Both the position numbers and the translations under genes were made by a program. DNA of 64,000 nucleotides, counting the filler, from Circinaria calcarea (taxonomy: Eukaryota): NCBI GenBank assembly GCA_051942165.1. It is 22 parts of 22 records of this genome, joined end to end, with 100 filler letters (N's around TTAATTAATTAA, not from the genome) between each part and the next. Parts side by side here need not be neighbours in the genome. Positions count along the whole stretch, not along the records: positions 1 to 2,831 come from JAVECS010003223.1; positions 2,932 to 5,759 come from JAVECS010003224.1; positions 5,860 to 8,686 come from JAVECS010003225.1; positions 8,787 to 11,613 come from JAVECS010003226.1; positions 11,714 to 14,540 come from JAVECS010003227.1; 17 more parts are not named here. One strand, given 5' to 3'. Below the pieces are notes generated by a model. That model was not told where the DNA came from, searched no databases, and saw nothing but the letters and a program-made list of their open reading frames with translations. Each line of letters opens with the position of its first letter. The first letter of the stretch is position 1. Shown in pieces: positions 1 through 12,497 of this stretch.

Positions 1-177
1 GAGGCTGGAGGAGTCGGCGGAGAGATTCTGGACGGGGGTGGTTGGGGAAGGGGAGACAGCCGGGGTGCCCTTGGCGGATGGACGCTCAATTTGGGTCTGG
101 GGAAAGGAGAGTTACTTAAAGCAGGACGGTGGCAAGGAGAGGAGCGGTCGTACCTGATCGTTGGGGAGGACTTGCAT
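1..177 (-). CDS. 5' end of an unidentified intron-containing gene (MQVLPNDQ|TQIERPSAKGTPAVSPSPTTP...), truncated
   Basis: ATG at 177, GTACGA..CAG intron 97-153, open frame to the window edge. Family not recognised. Confidence 0.4.
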
Positions 178-971
178 GATTGCGGTGGTACTGTAGTGGT
201 AAATAGGCTAAGATGTGTGTATGAGGGTTAAGATCGCCAGCGATCGTGTGCTGTGAAGAAGGTTCGAGAGATGGTATGTAGATGATTAGATGATGGAAAA
301 GAAGACAAATGATTGAAGAGCAGATGGAGTAGATGGAGTAGATGGGAAGATGAAAGATTGTTGCAAGGAAGGAGACAAGAAAAAGTAGATGGCTGGTTTA
401 ACTCGCCAGGTTATAAGAATGTATTCTCCACGAGGATAGCATAATGGGATTTTTCATAGGTTGAATGTGGCAGTTTCATGTTTTCTATTGAAGGTTCGCT
501 CGCTGTCATTGGTCCAATACCCTAGGATCCACGAACAATAGCCAATGCCACACTGTCATAAGCCAGTAACGACCTCATAAATAATTGTGAGTAACTTGAT
601 GTAGAAATAAAACCAGCCCCCCGATACCCCACGTCCGCAAGGTTAGCCAGCAACGACATGGCGAGCAAAGTGACAGTAGCTTCATGTAAAAATCTGACCA
701 ACCCCCAAAAATCCATGTCCATTTGACTAGCCGGAGGCGACCTTGTGAGTAAATGAACGTAATTTGATGTATATAACCAGGCTTCCTAATACACAAGCCT
801 ACAAAGCAAAGGAATGTGTATAAAATCTCATCTATACGTGCCAAAGTAGACGAGGCAGGTTCGGGGATTAAGCCTTGCCGCCCTGCCGCGCGTGTAAGCA
901 ATATCTTTCCAACCGCGATTTGCGTACCGCACTTCCTGGGAAGTAAACACTAGTTCTCAATAGCGATTATC

Positions 972-2598
972 ATGGCAAGCAAAAAAGGGAAAGCCGCGCC
1001 TACAGACGAAGAGCTATTAGCTCAATTCGAGGGTCTAGGAGATAAGAATGTAGCAACGAAGAAAGTCCCCAAGTCATCTACTTCCGCGAGAACAGCCCGA
1101 GTTCCTGGAACGCCTCAGCAGCAATCGGAGGCCGACCTGCTTGCCGAACTTGACAACCTCGCCCATGAACGTCCGAAAAGTAGACCGCACACGCCTCGAT
1201 TACCTGCCTCGACGAATTCTCCAGCCGTGCAAACATCGCCCAAGAGAACCTCGGCAGCTACCCCTCCTCCGCCTCCTACATCCTCTGCGAGAACTAGTGA
1301 AGAGCGGGTGATCAATCCAGCTCTATCTCGAAAGTCCGGCGAAAGTACACGCTCCTTTCACCAGAGCTTCACGCCTGCAGAGTCCGAATTCGAGCCCGAA
1401 TCTGAGAAAAAGGCAAATGTTGTACCAGAAGCTGCACAACCACAGAGCGGGGGAGGAGGTTGGTGGGGTGGTATTGTTGCGACTGCGACTGCGACTGCAA
1501 GTGCTGCTGTGAAGCAAGCAGAAGCACTTGCAAAAGAGTTACAGAAAAATGAGGAGGCTCAACGATGGGCAGAACAGGTAAAGGGCAATGTTGGTGCTCT
1601 GCGAGGCTTAGGTAGGCTTCATGGTGTACTGACGCGAGTGGAATTTCTGACCTCATTTTATAGGTGGAGAAATACGCTCAAGAGCTTTACCGACGTTTAC
1701 AAACATACTTCACACCCTGGCCCCACCCATTTCTTCACATGAGCGTCTTCAAATTCACATTACGCATGATTTCATAGGCTACCCTTCCCTTGATCCCCTC
1801 ATCTACCAAACCTTTTCCCGCGTCATGGCTCAAGTCGAAGGTGGCGATCTGATGGTAATCCAGCGAGGCCAGGAATCATCACCTCGCCGTGACTCCGAAT
1901 CCGGATATACCGGTTCGAGCCCAAGTGGCTGGAGCGATGGTCCTTGGTGGAGACAATCCTCGGAGCGACGAGATCTTGGTGCAGTCAAAGGGCTTGTGGA
2001 AGGCACTAAGTTGTCAAAAGTCAGTGCAGAATCATATGCCAATGACTACTTTGCTCCACGAGGTGGGGTTGAAGAGGTTGCCAAGCAAGCAACAGAAGTC
2101 CTGAACGAAAGCAATCCCGTCCGGAGTAGTGATATCTTCCTAGCTATACAAGCAATCAACCAAACCGAACCCCAAGACCTCTTCGGACACCCTCCGAAAT
2201 CAGAGAGTCACAACATGGTCGATCCCGACGACAAAGCAGATGAGTTGACCTGCTTCGCCATCTACCTCCACGACCCAATCCACGGCATCACCTTCCACAC
2301 AGTCTCCCAAACCATGCCCAAGAAATGGATCGACTGGCTCGACAGCCCATCCTCCACCTCCGAATCCACCGACATCGGCCTCCCGGAAGAAATCCTCGAG
2401 ATCATCCAGAGCGGTGGCGTCGACCCGCGCGAATGGATCGCCGAGTGGGTCGAGGAGACGCTGTCCCTCAGTGTCGGAGTGGTTGCGCAGAGGTATGTGG
2501 CGAGGAGAATGGGCGTTGGTGAGGGAGGGATTGGAAGGGGTAAAGGAAGGGAAGAGGCGATCGAATCAGGTGCCGGCGAGGCGGCGCGGGCGTTGTAA
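972..2598 (+). CDS. MTC1: Maintenance of telomere capping protein 1 (Mtc1/DUF5427-like), 2 exons
   Basis: Exons 972-1611 and 1664-2598 with a GT..AG intron. Motifs GGGWWGG, LPTFTNILHTLAPPISSHERLQIHITHD and GGVDPREWIAEWVEETLSLSVGVVAQRYVARRM. Confidence 0.85.
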
Positions 2599-2831
2599 TT
2601 CGAATCTTTTCCATGGGCCTTCTTTCTGCCTAATTGGCGCTTGGCTTTGGCCTGAACTTTTGTAACGATATCCATGCAATGTAGTGAAATCATTGTACTC
2701 GTCCTCGTCCTCGTAATCCTTAAATTCCACCCCTTTCCGCATCCTCCTCCTTCACTCACAACCCACTTACTTGCCTTCCCCCCTCTTTCCCTTTTCTTTA
2801 ATCTTCTCCTCCCCACCCTTCTCCTTCTTCC

Positions 2832-2931
2832 NNNNNNNNNNNNNNNNNNNNNNNNNNNNNNNNNNNNNNNNNNNNTTAATTAATTAANNNNNNNNNNNNN
2901 NNNNNNNNNNNNNNNNNNNNNNNNNNNNNNN
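2832..2931. other. Artificial contig-joining linker (first of 21)
   Basis: 44 N + TTAATTAATTAA (stops in all six frames) + 44 N. The same 100-nt linker starts at 5760, 8687, 11614, 14541, 17466, 20391, 23316, 26241, 29166, 32084, 35002, 37919, 40836, 43752, 46665, 49577, 52485, 55390, 58294 and 61198. Confidence 0.99.
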
Positions 2932-4472
2932 GGGAGGAGAGGTGGATTGTTAAAGGTGGGGGTGGGGAGGCCTGGGTGGGTGTTGAAGGGGGAAGAGTTG
3001 TGGAGAAGGAGGACAATGGAAATGAGGTGACAGGTGGATGGGGAGAGAGGTTGAGGATTCCAGGGCTTTGGGATGGGAGATTTGAGAAGTTGGTGAATGG
3101 GCTGGAACAGTGGGAAACTGAGGTACGGAAAGAGAAAAATCGCGAGGATTTTAAGAGAAGACACCCGGATCTATGGACCATCAGAAGATGTATAGTGAGC
3201 AGCAAATCGACTTTGGTTTTTTCCAACATGACCTCGGCTGATACTGAAGGCGACGTAAAAGGTCAAATGACTCAGATCACCAAAGATCTAGTAACCATCC
3301 TCCACGATCATGGCCGTGCTACCAGCGACATCGTCTTTACTACCATCCTCCTCCGCTCCATGTCCGATTTTGCCACAATCAACGCTGTCTACGGAAAGCT
3401 ATTTACCAACCCTAACCCGCCCGCCCGTGTCACAGTGGCTTGCGGTGATGCACTTCCTACAGGAGCAAAGATTATGCTGTCGATTATTGTGGACCTTGGC
3501 GCGAGGGAGAACCGCAACGGACTACATGTTCAATCGAGGTCTTACTGGGCTCCGGCGAACATTGGACCGTACTCGCAAGCCATATCTGTGAAGGCTGGGG
3601 AGGATACAGAGACATCCCTGGTTTTTATTGCTGGGCAGATACCTCTGATACCGGCAACGATGGAGGTCCTGGTCTCTGAGGAGGAGGAGGAGGAGGAGGA
3701 GGAGGAGGGGGAGAAGGCTGCTGGAGATGCTATGGCCACATTCCGCAAGCAGGCAGCGCTGTCGTTGCAACATCTTTGGCGCATTGGGACAGAGAGGGAG
3801 GTTACTTGGTGGACGGGCGCTGTCGCGTTCATTGCTGGAGAGCGTGATGTCCAGCGGAAAGCTACTATTGCTTGGACGGTATGGGAAAAGATGCATGAAC
3901 CTCCCCATATGGAAGATTGTGCGGACGAAGAGGAACCTAGCGGTCCAGACGCTTGGGATAAGAAGTATGGAGGCCTTGGAAGCTTTTCAAACAATGAAGT
4001 GGTGGGGCATCGATTACCGGATTTCGAAACTTTGATACACCCTGCGGGTCAGGACTTGATTACCCCGGGATTCTTTGCGGTGCAAGTAGATGAGATACCT
4101 CGTGGCTGCGAGGTGGAATGGCAAAGTCTCGGTATTGCCGGCAGCAAGATCCATGTACAGTCATGCAAAATTGGCGGGCTAGACGGGGCAAGATGTATTG
4201 CTGCTGACCGGAGCTTTTCGGTAATTTATGTTGGAATTCTGCTGGACGATACTGATGCAATCTGCTATGAGCAGGCAGCCAGAGTTCTCCAATCACAGGG
4301 AAGCCTCGATGATGAGGAACACAGCAGTATCCTCTCTGTGTATGTAACCGTGTATACTGTACGACCTGCTGTGTTCAAACACGTAGAAGGTCAGATTGTC
4401 CCCTGTCGGAGAGTTTGGGGACCTGGAGGGTTGGAGCTGGCTGCTGGTCTGGTCTTACTGTCAAGGAGATGA
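2932..4472 (+). CDS. DPH6: Diphthine-ammonia ligase, C-terminal tandem RidA/YjgF-like domains (5' truncated)
   Basis: Motifs MSDFATINAVYGKLF..PNPPARVTV, LHVQSRSYWAPANIGPYSQA, IAGQIPLIPATM and IPRGCEVEW. GAG repeat gives poly-E near 3678-3707. Confidence 0.85.
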
Positions 4473-5216
4473 TCAAACATGATTATGGTCCATAAGACGA
4501 ACTAGAGAAGTCTAGTGAAAAGGATACGCAGATGTTGATACATGAAAGAGTGATATGGCTGCCAGGAAGAGGAGAGACGGCCGATCCGAGGTGTCTAGTA
4601 GGGAGAATTCTGTTTGAGAGCAAGCATCGGTGTCGCCTTTGGGTCTCTGATAAGGAGAAAAGAGGCAACTGCTAAACTGACAGACAGAGGGGAGATTCCC
4701 AAGGGACGCAACTTTCAATAATGCCGACAGATGGGGAGTCATAAACACAAGTGGAAAGTTCACCCAAGGCAGCATAGAAACCACTCAAGGATCCTAACAA
4801 TGATCATAGCATCTGAGCCCAATCTGTACTATTTATTTGCTACGTATTAACCTGCACCTACTCGCATAGGCACGTATTACCGGCTCTGTTTCAAGAACTT
4901 GCATAGTATAAAGATTGTGAAAGTACGTTAAAGTATAGTAAGGAGCTCGTGTACCTGCCAGTCTGTTAATATTGTGATTTCTCGCCGCAATGGAACTCAA
5001 TTTTGCATTCGCGACTCGTAGATGATAATGACATCTTCACATGTTCTCGACCCTTGGACACTCCCAACATAACCTTCAATTGGTCTAATTTATTGGCAGT
5101 CCCGATTAAAATGCAGTTGAAAAAGCCAGGCAGCTGCGTATCTTTCCATTCACTCTCCAGGCTTGTCATATGGCTTGCACCTCAGCAGCCACTTAGCAAA
5201 CGAGGAGTGGGACGAT

Positions 5217-5759
5217 ATGCCACTTGTCACCAAATCCGATGAACGGTTCGACGATGTCAATGACGAGAATAAAAAGCTAGAACGAAGTCCGCGACTTGAC
5301 CGCTCACCATCTCCTTATCAACAAACTCCCAACGCTCCTGATCAATACCGCGCCAATGGCGTTGGTACTGGAAATCAGCAACTTAAGCTACAATCACCAA
5401 CGTCCACCGTCGTAAATCCTTCGGCCCACAGGCATCCTCACCACGCCGGCTCGGGCTACTTTGACGCAGATAGTCGCAAGAGGCGGAAACTATCTACTTC
5501 TCCCAGTGAGAGTGGAACAGAGGCGGATGATGAGGCGGGCTTATTGAAGGGGCTGCCTGCACCCCCATCTAGACCCCGGAAAGGCTTAAGGGATCTCGAC
5601 AAACTATCAGCTGGTTCCACATCCAGTCCGCTCCTCACACCGTCTCGCATCGATGAAGAGAGGCAAAAATATGTTGCTCAGGTCTCGAGGAAAAGAGGGG
5701 GTCCCTCAGGTTCAGGAACAGAGAAGGAGCTACGGAAGATTCATGAGAAGTTCACTCAA
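5217..5759 (+). CDS. SEC59: Probable dolichol kinase N-terminal region (3' truncated)
   Basis: SPSESGTEADDE..LKGLPAPPSRPRKGLR resembles, from recall, the N-terminal extension of Pezizomycotina Sec59. The catalytic part is not in the contig. Confidence 0.5.
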
Positions 5760-6640
5760 NNNNNNNNNNNNNNNNNNNNNNNNNNNNNNNNNNNNNNNNN
5801 NNNTTAATTAATTAANNNNNNNNNNNNNNNNNNNNNNNNNNNNNNNNNNNNNNNNNNNNGCATTGAGGAAGGGCGGAAGGGAGTTGGAGCATAAGTATAA
5901 AGGGTGGATGTCAATTCGGGGGTTTTGATGTTGCTAGTTTTGTTTTCGTAGGGAAAGGAAAGGGAAGGAAAGGAAAGGAAAAGAAAGGGAAGGGAAGGAA
6001 GGGGGCTGGAGAACCTCTTAGCTCCTAGTGGTAGTTGTTGTTTGTGGTTGTGATTAGGAGGGGGAAGGACAGACAAATGAAGTGCTCTCAGGCCAGCCTT
6101 GAAACGTGAAAGCGTTTTTGGTCGAATGGAAATCCTTTGAAGAAATAGTATCCCAGAAAAACACCCTAGCCGGGCGGTTTCTCTATCGACTCTGACACAC
6201 GTGGAGCCGACTTAGCTTTCCGCCTTTTCAATAAGGGTTGCATTGGGTTGACGAAACCACGCAGTGGCTGAGCTGAGTTAAGTTGAGCTGAACCTGAAGC
6301 TGTCCAGGAGGGGGGGATGGGATGGAATACCGATTTGCGTATTCTTCACTCTTGGGGAAAGGGGCAAGTGTTTGGGACTTCCGGTGTAGGGACGGCGGCC
6401 GCGTCGGGAAGGAGAATAGGAAACGGCTCCTGAGGAAGAGGGTGGATGGTGATGGAAAGGTTATTGAGGGGGTTGGATGTATGGGAGGGTATCGCGTAGT
6501 TTAGAGGGTCTTTGAGGCGTAGAGTACTGGGGGTGGACGGGAGTGGTAGTGTGATGGTAATGGATATGGGATGAAGTTGTATTTGCTGAATGGGGAGTTT
6601 GTTTTTTGTATATTTATAAAAATATGAACCTACATGTCAA

Positions 6641-6727
6641 GGTCGGTTAGCTCAGCTGGTTAGAGCGTGGTGCTAATAACTACCGTTGATAACGCCAAGG
6701 TCGCGGGTTCGACCCCCGTACTGACCA
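6641..6727 (+). tRNA. tRNA-Ile(AAT) with a 13-nt intron (6679-6691)
   Basis: Acceptor stem GGTCGGT/ACTGACC+A; D-arm GCTC-AGCTGGTTA-GAGC; anticodon stem TGGTG/CGCCA with CT-AAT-A; T-arm GCGGG-TTCGACC-CCCGT. A T run near 6745-6751 fits a Pol III terminator. Confidence 0.95.
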
Positions 6728-7300
6728 TAAACCAGAATTGAAAATTTTTTTGGTTTCTGTCGCCGCCTTTTCTTTTGTTACGTTTATGCGGTTTTTTTTA
6801 TGGGAGTTGGATAAAGGGATAAAGATTTGTCAAGCATACTCTCCGAAAATATGGTCACAGGTATTCCCAAAATTTTGAGTTTCCTGACTGAAGTGTCAGG
6901 TGAATGGCTCGAGCATAAGCATAGGCAGAAATAGAGGGCATGGGAAGACTCGGAAATTCTAGGATTCTGGATCTACGAGCAACGGTGTTTGGGCTGTACA
7001 CCATACGTGAAACGTTGTAGAATCTGAGATGTTCGGGACTAGAGAGGTGTCCCGTTTTGCTTAAAAAGAAGTCTAAAAAAGGAGACTTGGGTTTCCTGCT
7101 CACGCTCTCAGCTACATATCTGAATGACCTTTTTGGATTTGTTTAATGCAAAGCAATGGGCCATGTTCTCGTTTGCAGCTTTCCCTGGTTGCTCGTTGCA
7201 TTGTTCTATTTCCTCATTCAATCTTTAATCTGCTTCATATTCCTCCTTGAAAAGCGCTAGCCGCCTATCTACTTCTATTCTCAAGTTCGGCATCCTTAGG

Positions 7301-7870
7301 ATGTATCAAGTGTGACTAGTCTTTCTTTTATTCTTCTCGCTGCCGATGCGCTGGCACATGAGCAACACGATTCCTCACACCGGAACATCGATGGATTCCG
7401 AGTCCTCATCGATGAGCAGCGGTTCTTCGCCAACTAGCTTATTAGCTCCCTCCGGCGTGGGTCAGCATCTAAGTGATTAAATTTTTGCATACAACGGCAT
7501 CTTTCGTCTCTTTGCCAGACAACCCTAGGGCAGCAATGTTGCTCATGTCCACTATCCTTATCAGGGGTGCTCAGGCATTACTATTGCAGGAAAGGCATTT
7601 CAGGCGGCAATGGTTGGGGGGACTAATCCATAAGTGTCTGAAGGTCGACAAAGAGCGTTTGGAGTGACCGCTTCCTGAGTGTACAGGCCGTTGGGAGACT
7701 CCAATCGTACAACGGAGATGCCTGCTATGCTAGGCAAGTCTGCGCCTGGGAACCTGTCTAAAAGTGCGATGTCTACTTCTTCCAGCACTAGTAGCCACAA
7801 TAGCAACAGCAGCAACAGCAGCAACAGCAGCAACAGCAGCAACAGCAGCAACAGCAGCAAGCAGTAGTGA
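7301..7870 (+). pseudogene. Degenerate secreted-protein gene relic ending in a 9-bp tandem repeat
   Basis: Removing one TG after ATG 7301 gives the signal-peptide-like MYQVTSLSFILLAADALAHEQ. There is an in-frame TAG at 7435, a putative intron at about 7461-7518 and further internal stops. Confidence 0.35.
7805..7858 (+). repeat. (AACAGCAGC)6 tandem repeat
   Basis: Six perfect 9-bp units read directly. Confidence 0.95.
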
Positions 7871-8269
7871 AACTGTACTCCGTAGCTGGAACCAGAATTA
7901 TGCTTAGGAAACATCAAATTTTCGGGCTTCGTTGAGATAGCTACAGGCAGTGCTAAGATGTTATTATTTCCGGAGTGGGAGTGTCGGCTTCTAGGGCAGC
8001 ATAGATGCTTCTTGCTCCGAAGACAAATGGATGCCCAACTCTTTGTTGAGTCGGTCATATAGGCATATAGCACTTCCCGTCTTGCTTAACTAGAATCAAC
8101 TATTGCTGCAAGCTCATTCAATCCTTTGTACTTGATACCGCGGTCCGAATAGGGCTAGCCCTAGCCCTTGAGCCCCTTGCGTCAAGTCCGGTGTTTACTC
8201 TCAAGTACAGCTCGTATAAACCACCACACTGCTCTAAATCCTCACCACCCAAAATCCCCACCGTCAACA

Positions 8270-8686
8270 ATGCCTCCCAAAACTTCGACCACCGCGACCT
8301 CCAAACGCACAAAGGCCCCCGCCTTCAAACCCCCTCGCCCCGCTCCCAAGACCAAATCCAAAGCCAAAGACAAAGACTCCACTGCCACTACCTCAGCCCC
8401 AGCACGTCGCAAGTCCGCACCTCAACCATCTACCACTATAATCTCCTCCTCTTCTTCTCCAGAGCCTTCCTCATCTACCCATCCTTCTGCCATAGCTCCC
8501 GACACCTCCTTATCACAATACCAAGATGCCCCGCCAACCATTCCCCCCAAACTCCTCACCAAGCTTCTGCACCACCATTTCGAAGATGAGAAGACGCGCA
8601 TCGGCAAGGATGCGAGTGCGCTGGTAGGGAAATATATGGAGACGTTTGTGAGGGAGGCAATTGCGCGGGCGGCCTTTGAGAGGCAG
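8270..8686 (+). CDS. MHF2: CENP-X/MHF2 histone-fold protein (3' truncated)
   Basis: IPPKLLTKLLHHHFEDEKTRIGKDASALVGKYMETFVREAIARAAFER after a basic, low-complexity N-terminus. Confidence 0.85.
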
Positions 8687-8786
8687 NNNNNNNNNNNNNN
8701 NNNNNNNNNNNNNNNNNNNNNNNNNNNNNNTTAATTAATTAANNNNNNNNNNNNNNNNNNNNNNNNNNNNNNNNNNNNNNNNNNNN

Positions 8787-10098
8787 GTCCTCCAAACCAA
8801 ACATACTCATTAGCTTTATTACCTCATGGGACTTGATCTGGTTCCCATTCTCGTCAACTCCAGCTTCTTCGATGGCCTTATCTAGGGCCTTTACAACCCC
8901 TTGTATGGCTTCGATGCATTTTGGCTCACCATGCAGTCGAATGGGTTCAAGGTACTGCCAAAAGGATTCCGCTGCCCAGACAACACCAGATGAAGCTATA
9001 CTACCCCAAATCTGGTCCGGATAGAGTAGGCGCATAAAAGCCGACTTGGCACCAGCGTAGGAGCCACCGTAGTGTATCCATGGGATGGGATTAAACGGGA
9101 CAGAAGAGACCAATTCAGGATGTGAAAGCCATGAAAACTTTGTGGCAAAGTAAGAGGTATCGGCAAGCGCTTCTGCCGTAGTCAAAAGAGAAAGAGAATG
9201 CGTGGATAAATTCTGTGGAGAGAGTGAGTAGGTATCAACAAAATGAAGTTTATAGAGGCGATCAAGAGTAGAATGAGAATCCTCCGCACTCCCTACAAGT
9301 TTCTGGAGTAGATTACTGGCTGCTTAGAAGCGAAGCAGAACTAGGGCATTAACGAAAGGATGCTAATTGGAGTTATTTACCAGCTAGACTCGTTGAATGT
9401 ACGAATTATTGTACCGACTAATGTAGCTATGTATATCCAGTCAAGTATGGCTTTCTTCATATGCTTGAAGCTCCGATTACCATGGCGCCCGCATCGCGAA
9501 CAAAGGCTTACTCTTTAGACAGAACCTGTAACGAGAAAGATGGAGCCTTACACGAAAAGAAACAGGCTATCATGTTTAGGGAGGAAGGAGATAAGCCGTA
9601 CATACGGTTGTCAGGTGAGACTTTCCGTAGTAACGATGCTGCAGGATGATACCCACACCACTGGTTGCTTCGGCCAGATACTTGATGATTCCCGTGTCCA
9701 GAAAGTGTAACCTTTCCTCGCCATCAGTTTCCCCGGCATCGAGAAGGATGACCGGCCCTCCCGGTCGATAGTAGGAAGTCTCGATCCAGTACCGTTGAGG
9801 GAAGGTCAGATTGAAGCCATCCGGGGGGTGCGAAGAGAAATGCGTGGAGAGCTGATCGAAAGTGAAAGCCGGGTATCTGGACTTGAGTTTTTGGAGATGC
9901 AAATGCTCCCTGAACAGCAAATGAGCATCATCAAAGGCACAGATGGAGGCATGCAGATTACTGGGCCGGTCGTGAGTCACTTTGGTGGTGAGGGAGCAAG
10001 GCAAACGGCAGGATTGGACCCCTGAACACGTTGCCTCGAGCGAGGACTGTTGAGACGGCCAATGCCAGGAGGAGGCTGATTTGATACCCTCTCTCCAT
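8787..10098 (-). CDS. Secreted serine carboxypeptidase, family S28 (3' truncated)
   Basis: Signal peptide MERGYQISLLLALAVSTVLA; introns 9910-9961 and 9213-9605. Motifs TFPQRYW, PGGPVILLDAGE, HRYYGKS, LTTAEALAD and PWIHYGGSYAG (nucleophile elbow). Confidence 0.88.
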
Positions 10099-11319
10099 CC
10101 TACCATGAACCTGTTGGACAGGTACTGTAACTGTCCGAAAGGAGACGGTCAAGAGGTGCTTCCATATCCGGAGGGTGGGAGTATTTTAGCGCCCCCTAAG
10201 GGAAGCTTGCACGTGACTACGGAGTACGGATCAAGGTACGGGGTAATAAACTCTACTGTAACTCAAATGATTCTATTTCGGGTGGGGGCCTCTTCACGTC
10301 GTCCAGTCGATCAAGGCCCCCCTTCGTCTCCTGCGACATCCAACTTCTACAAGATACTTGGCAGAGGCAGCTCGTATTCGATGGCCCCCCTCGGTCTACT
10401 TTGCTTATATCTGCCTGCACGGCTGAATGGCAGCAATCTTTTCCCTTCGTTCTCCAGTGCTGACTGCAGGAGCCATACAACGCCTATTCCGGTACGAGTA
10501 CTACTTAATACTACCCTCCTGGAACCCTAGACCTCGCATATCGGACTCACATGCCTGCATCTTGCAGCTTCCCTGACGGACAGCCCCCACCGCTTTCTTT
10601 CCCGAACACATCCTCACCTCGTACAATTCTTGGCCGAGGGTAAAGCAATCCAGATACCTCAATCCTCCTGGCGGTCTGCTGACCCCCGCGGATTCTTCCG
10701 GTGACAGGCTGGAGCGGAGATGTCTTCTGACCGGTCAGCCTGGACCGGGTATGGTAAGGCATTCATCTACCTACACCGACACCGAGCCTGGCTTGCAGAG
10801 GCAACCGTGGATTCGGGACTGTTGCGCGAATAATTTCAATTCGAGGACACGATACGATGTTTTGTTACACGAAGCCCCCCGGACATCGTGCCGATGAACC
10901 AGGATATCTGCATTGTGGTGGCACTCCCTATATCCACCAGCTCGGTTGACTTCGTATACTACATTAACGCATCCTTTAACCTATTTCTTACTACCACTTT
11001 CTTGAGCCTGTTCTTTCCTGTTGAAGCGATTGTTGTGTCTAGACCTGTCGAAAGATGATCCTCTACATCCTCGTTCACATAGCCAATGGTATGTTGGCTC
11101 CAGGGCCAAGCCGACTGGGCAGGGCTTTGTGCTCATCGGAGCATTGGAAGGAGGAGCTTCATGATAATAAGGTTTCAGCAGGGAGGCCTAGACTCCTGTA
11201 CTCTATATAGATAGATGCGTCGCCCGCTGTGTAAACGACATCCAGTTGCTTTCCAGTACGTATCATTGCGTTGGGTCGTCCATTCAAGTTCTCCTCACCA
11301 ATCTAAAAACCACCTCAAA

Positions 11320-11613
11320 ATGCTATCCCACACATTACTCTTTTCTCTCCTGGGAAGCACTCTCGTGCAAGCTATCCCTTTCCCAAATTTCACCAGAATC
11401 AAGGATCTCTTCCCTCGCCAAGACGGCGATGATAGCAGTGGTACAGGCGGGGGCAGGGGCAACTGTCCTGCGATATGGACTACCATTACTGCCGACTTGA
11501 CGGCAATTTTCCTTGACCAATCAACCGGAGAATGCACCGACGCTGCCCGCTCGGCCATTCGAGCAGCTTTCCACGATGCGGGCACGTTCTCCAGGAATCT
11601 TCCCAGTGTGGCA
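11320..11613 (+). CDS. Secreted class II heme peroxidase, N-terminal part
   Basis: Signal peptide MLSHTLLFSLLGSTLVQA; CPAIW...CTDAARSAIRAAFHDAGT contains the distal Arg/His motif. Confidence 0.85.
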
Positions 11614-12497
11614 NNNNNNNNNNNNNNNNNNNNNNNNNNNNNNNNNNNNNNNNNNNNTTAATTAATTAANNNNNNNNNNNNNNNNNNNNNNNNNNNNNNN
11701 NNNNNNNNNNNNNGAAGTGGGGAGGGGGAGGGAAGAATTAGGAAGGGGAAAAGGGAGGTTGACGGGTGTAGGGAAAAGGGAGGAAGTGGAGTTATGGATG
11801 TTTGTTATACTAATGTAGGCGTCGTTAGTCGGTGAAGGGGGTTACAGTGGAAGGATCTCGTGGACGGATTCTCGAGGGAGAAACCCTCTACTCACAAACA
11901 AACTTGACCAAAAAGTCAACGTCTTGGCGTGCTCATTTCCACTCATACTACTGCGTAACAGGCACTCTTACTTCGTGACGTGAATACCGCATCAGGGCAC
12001 ATGGATAATTTCAGACCGGGGTATGAAGCTCTCGAGAATCTTTTTAGTTTGTCAGACACGCAGATTAGGTTGATTAGGGTCAAAAGGGAAGCGGAAGCGA
12101 AGGCGACGCTAACAAATACTAGGTAGGGCATTCTCAACTGGCTAACGAAGCTCACTCCATTTCTCCACCCCTTGCTTTACATAACCAAAAAATAAAGAGA
12201 GTCATACACCACCACCGGTCAGCAAACAAGAGTCATTCTGTTCTTTTCCTCGCTTAGGATCGTTGCAACGCCGGACAGATACCCATTGCTGTTTTGCTTG
12301 CTGTTCGCAATGAAGGGGAAAGAAATGAGTCATTTCGGTGCTGAGGAATGAGGCGAAGAGTGCTGGGGAGGTGAAGTGTATTTGCAAGCTTTTGGGTTTT
12401 TTTTATTCTCCCGAGTTTTTCAAGCTTCTGGTTTTTCCCCATATTGGCCATAACCTTCGATTCTTTTATAATTTTACCGTTTCAAAAGTTTTCAAGC

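Noticed and set aside
2876..2887. Regularly spaced TTAATTAATTAA as a CRISPR-like or biological repeat
   Set aside because: Always embedded in N runs at contig joins; it is an assembly linker.
7600..8073. 157-aa ORF with poly-Leu
   Set aside because: Antisense reading of the CAG/CAA repeat.
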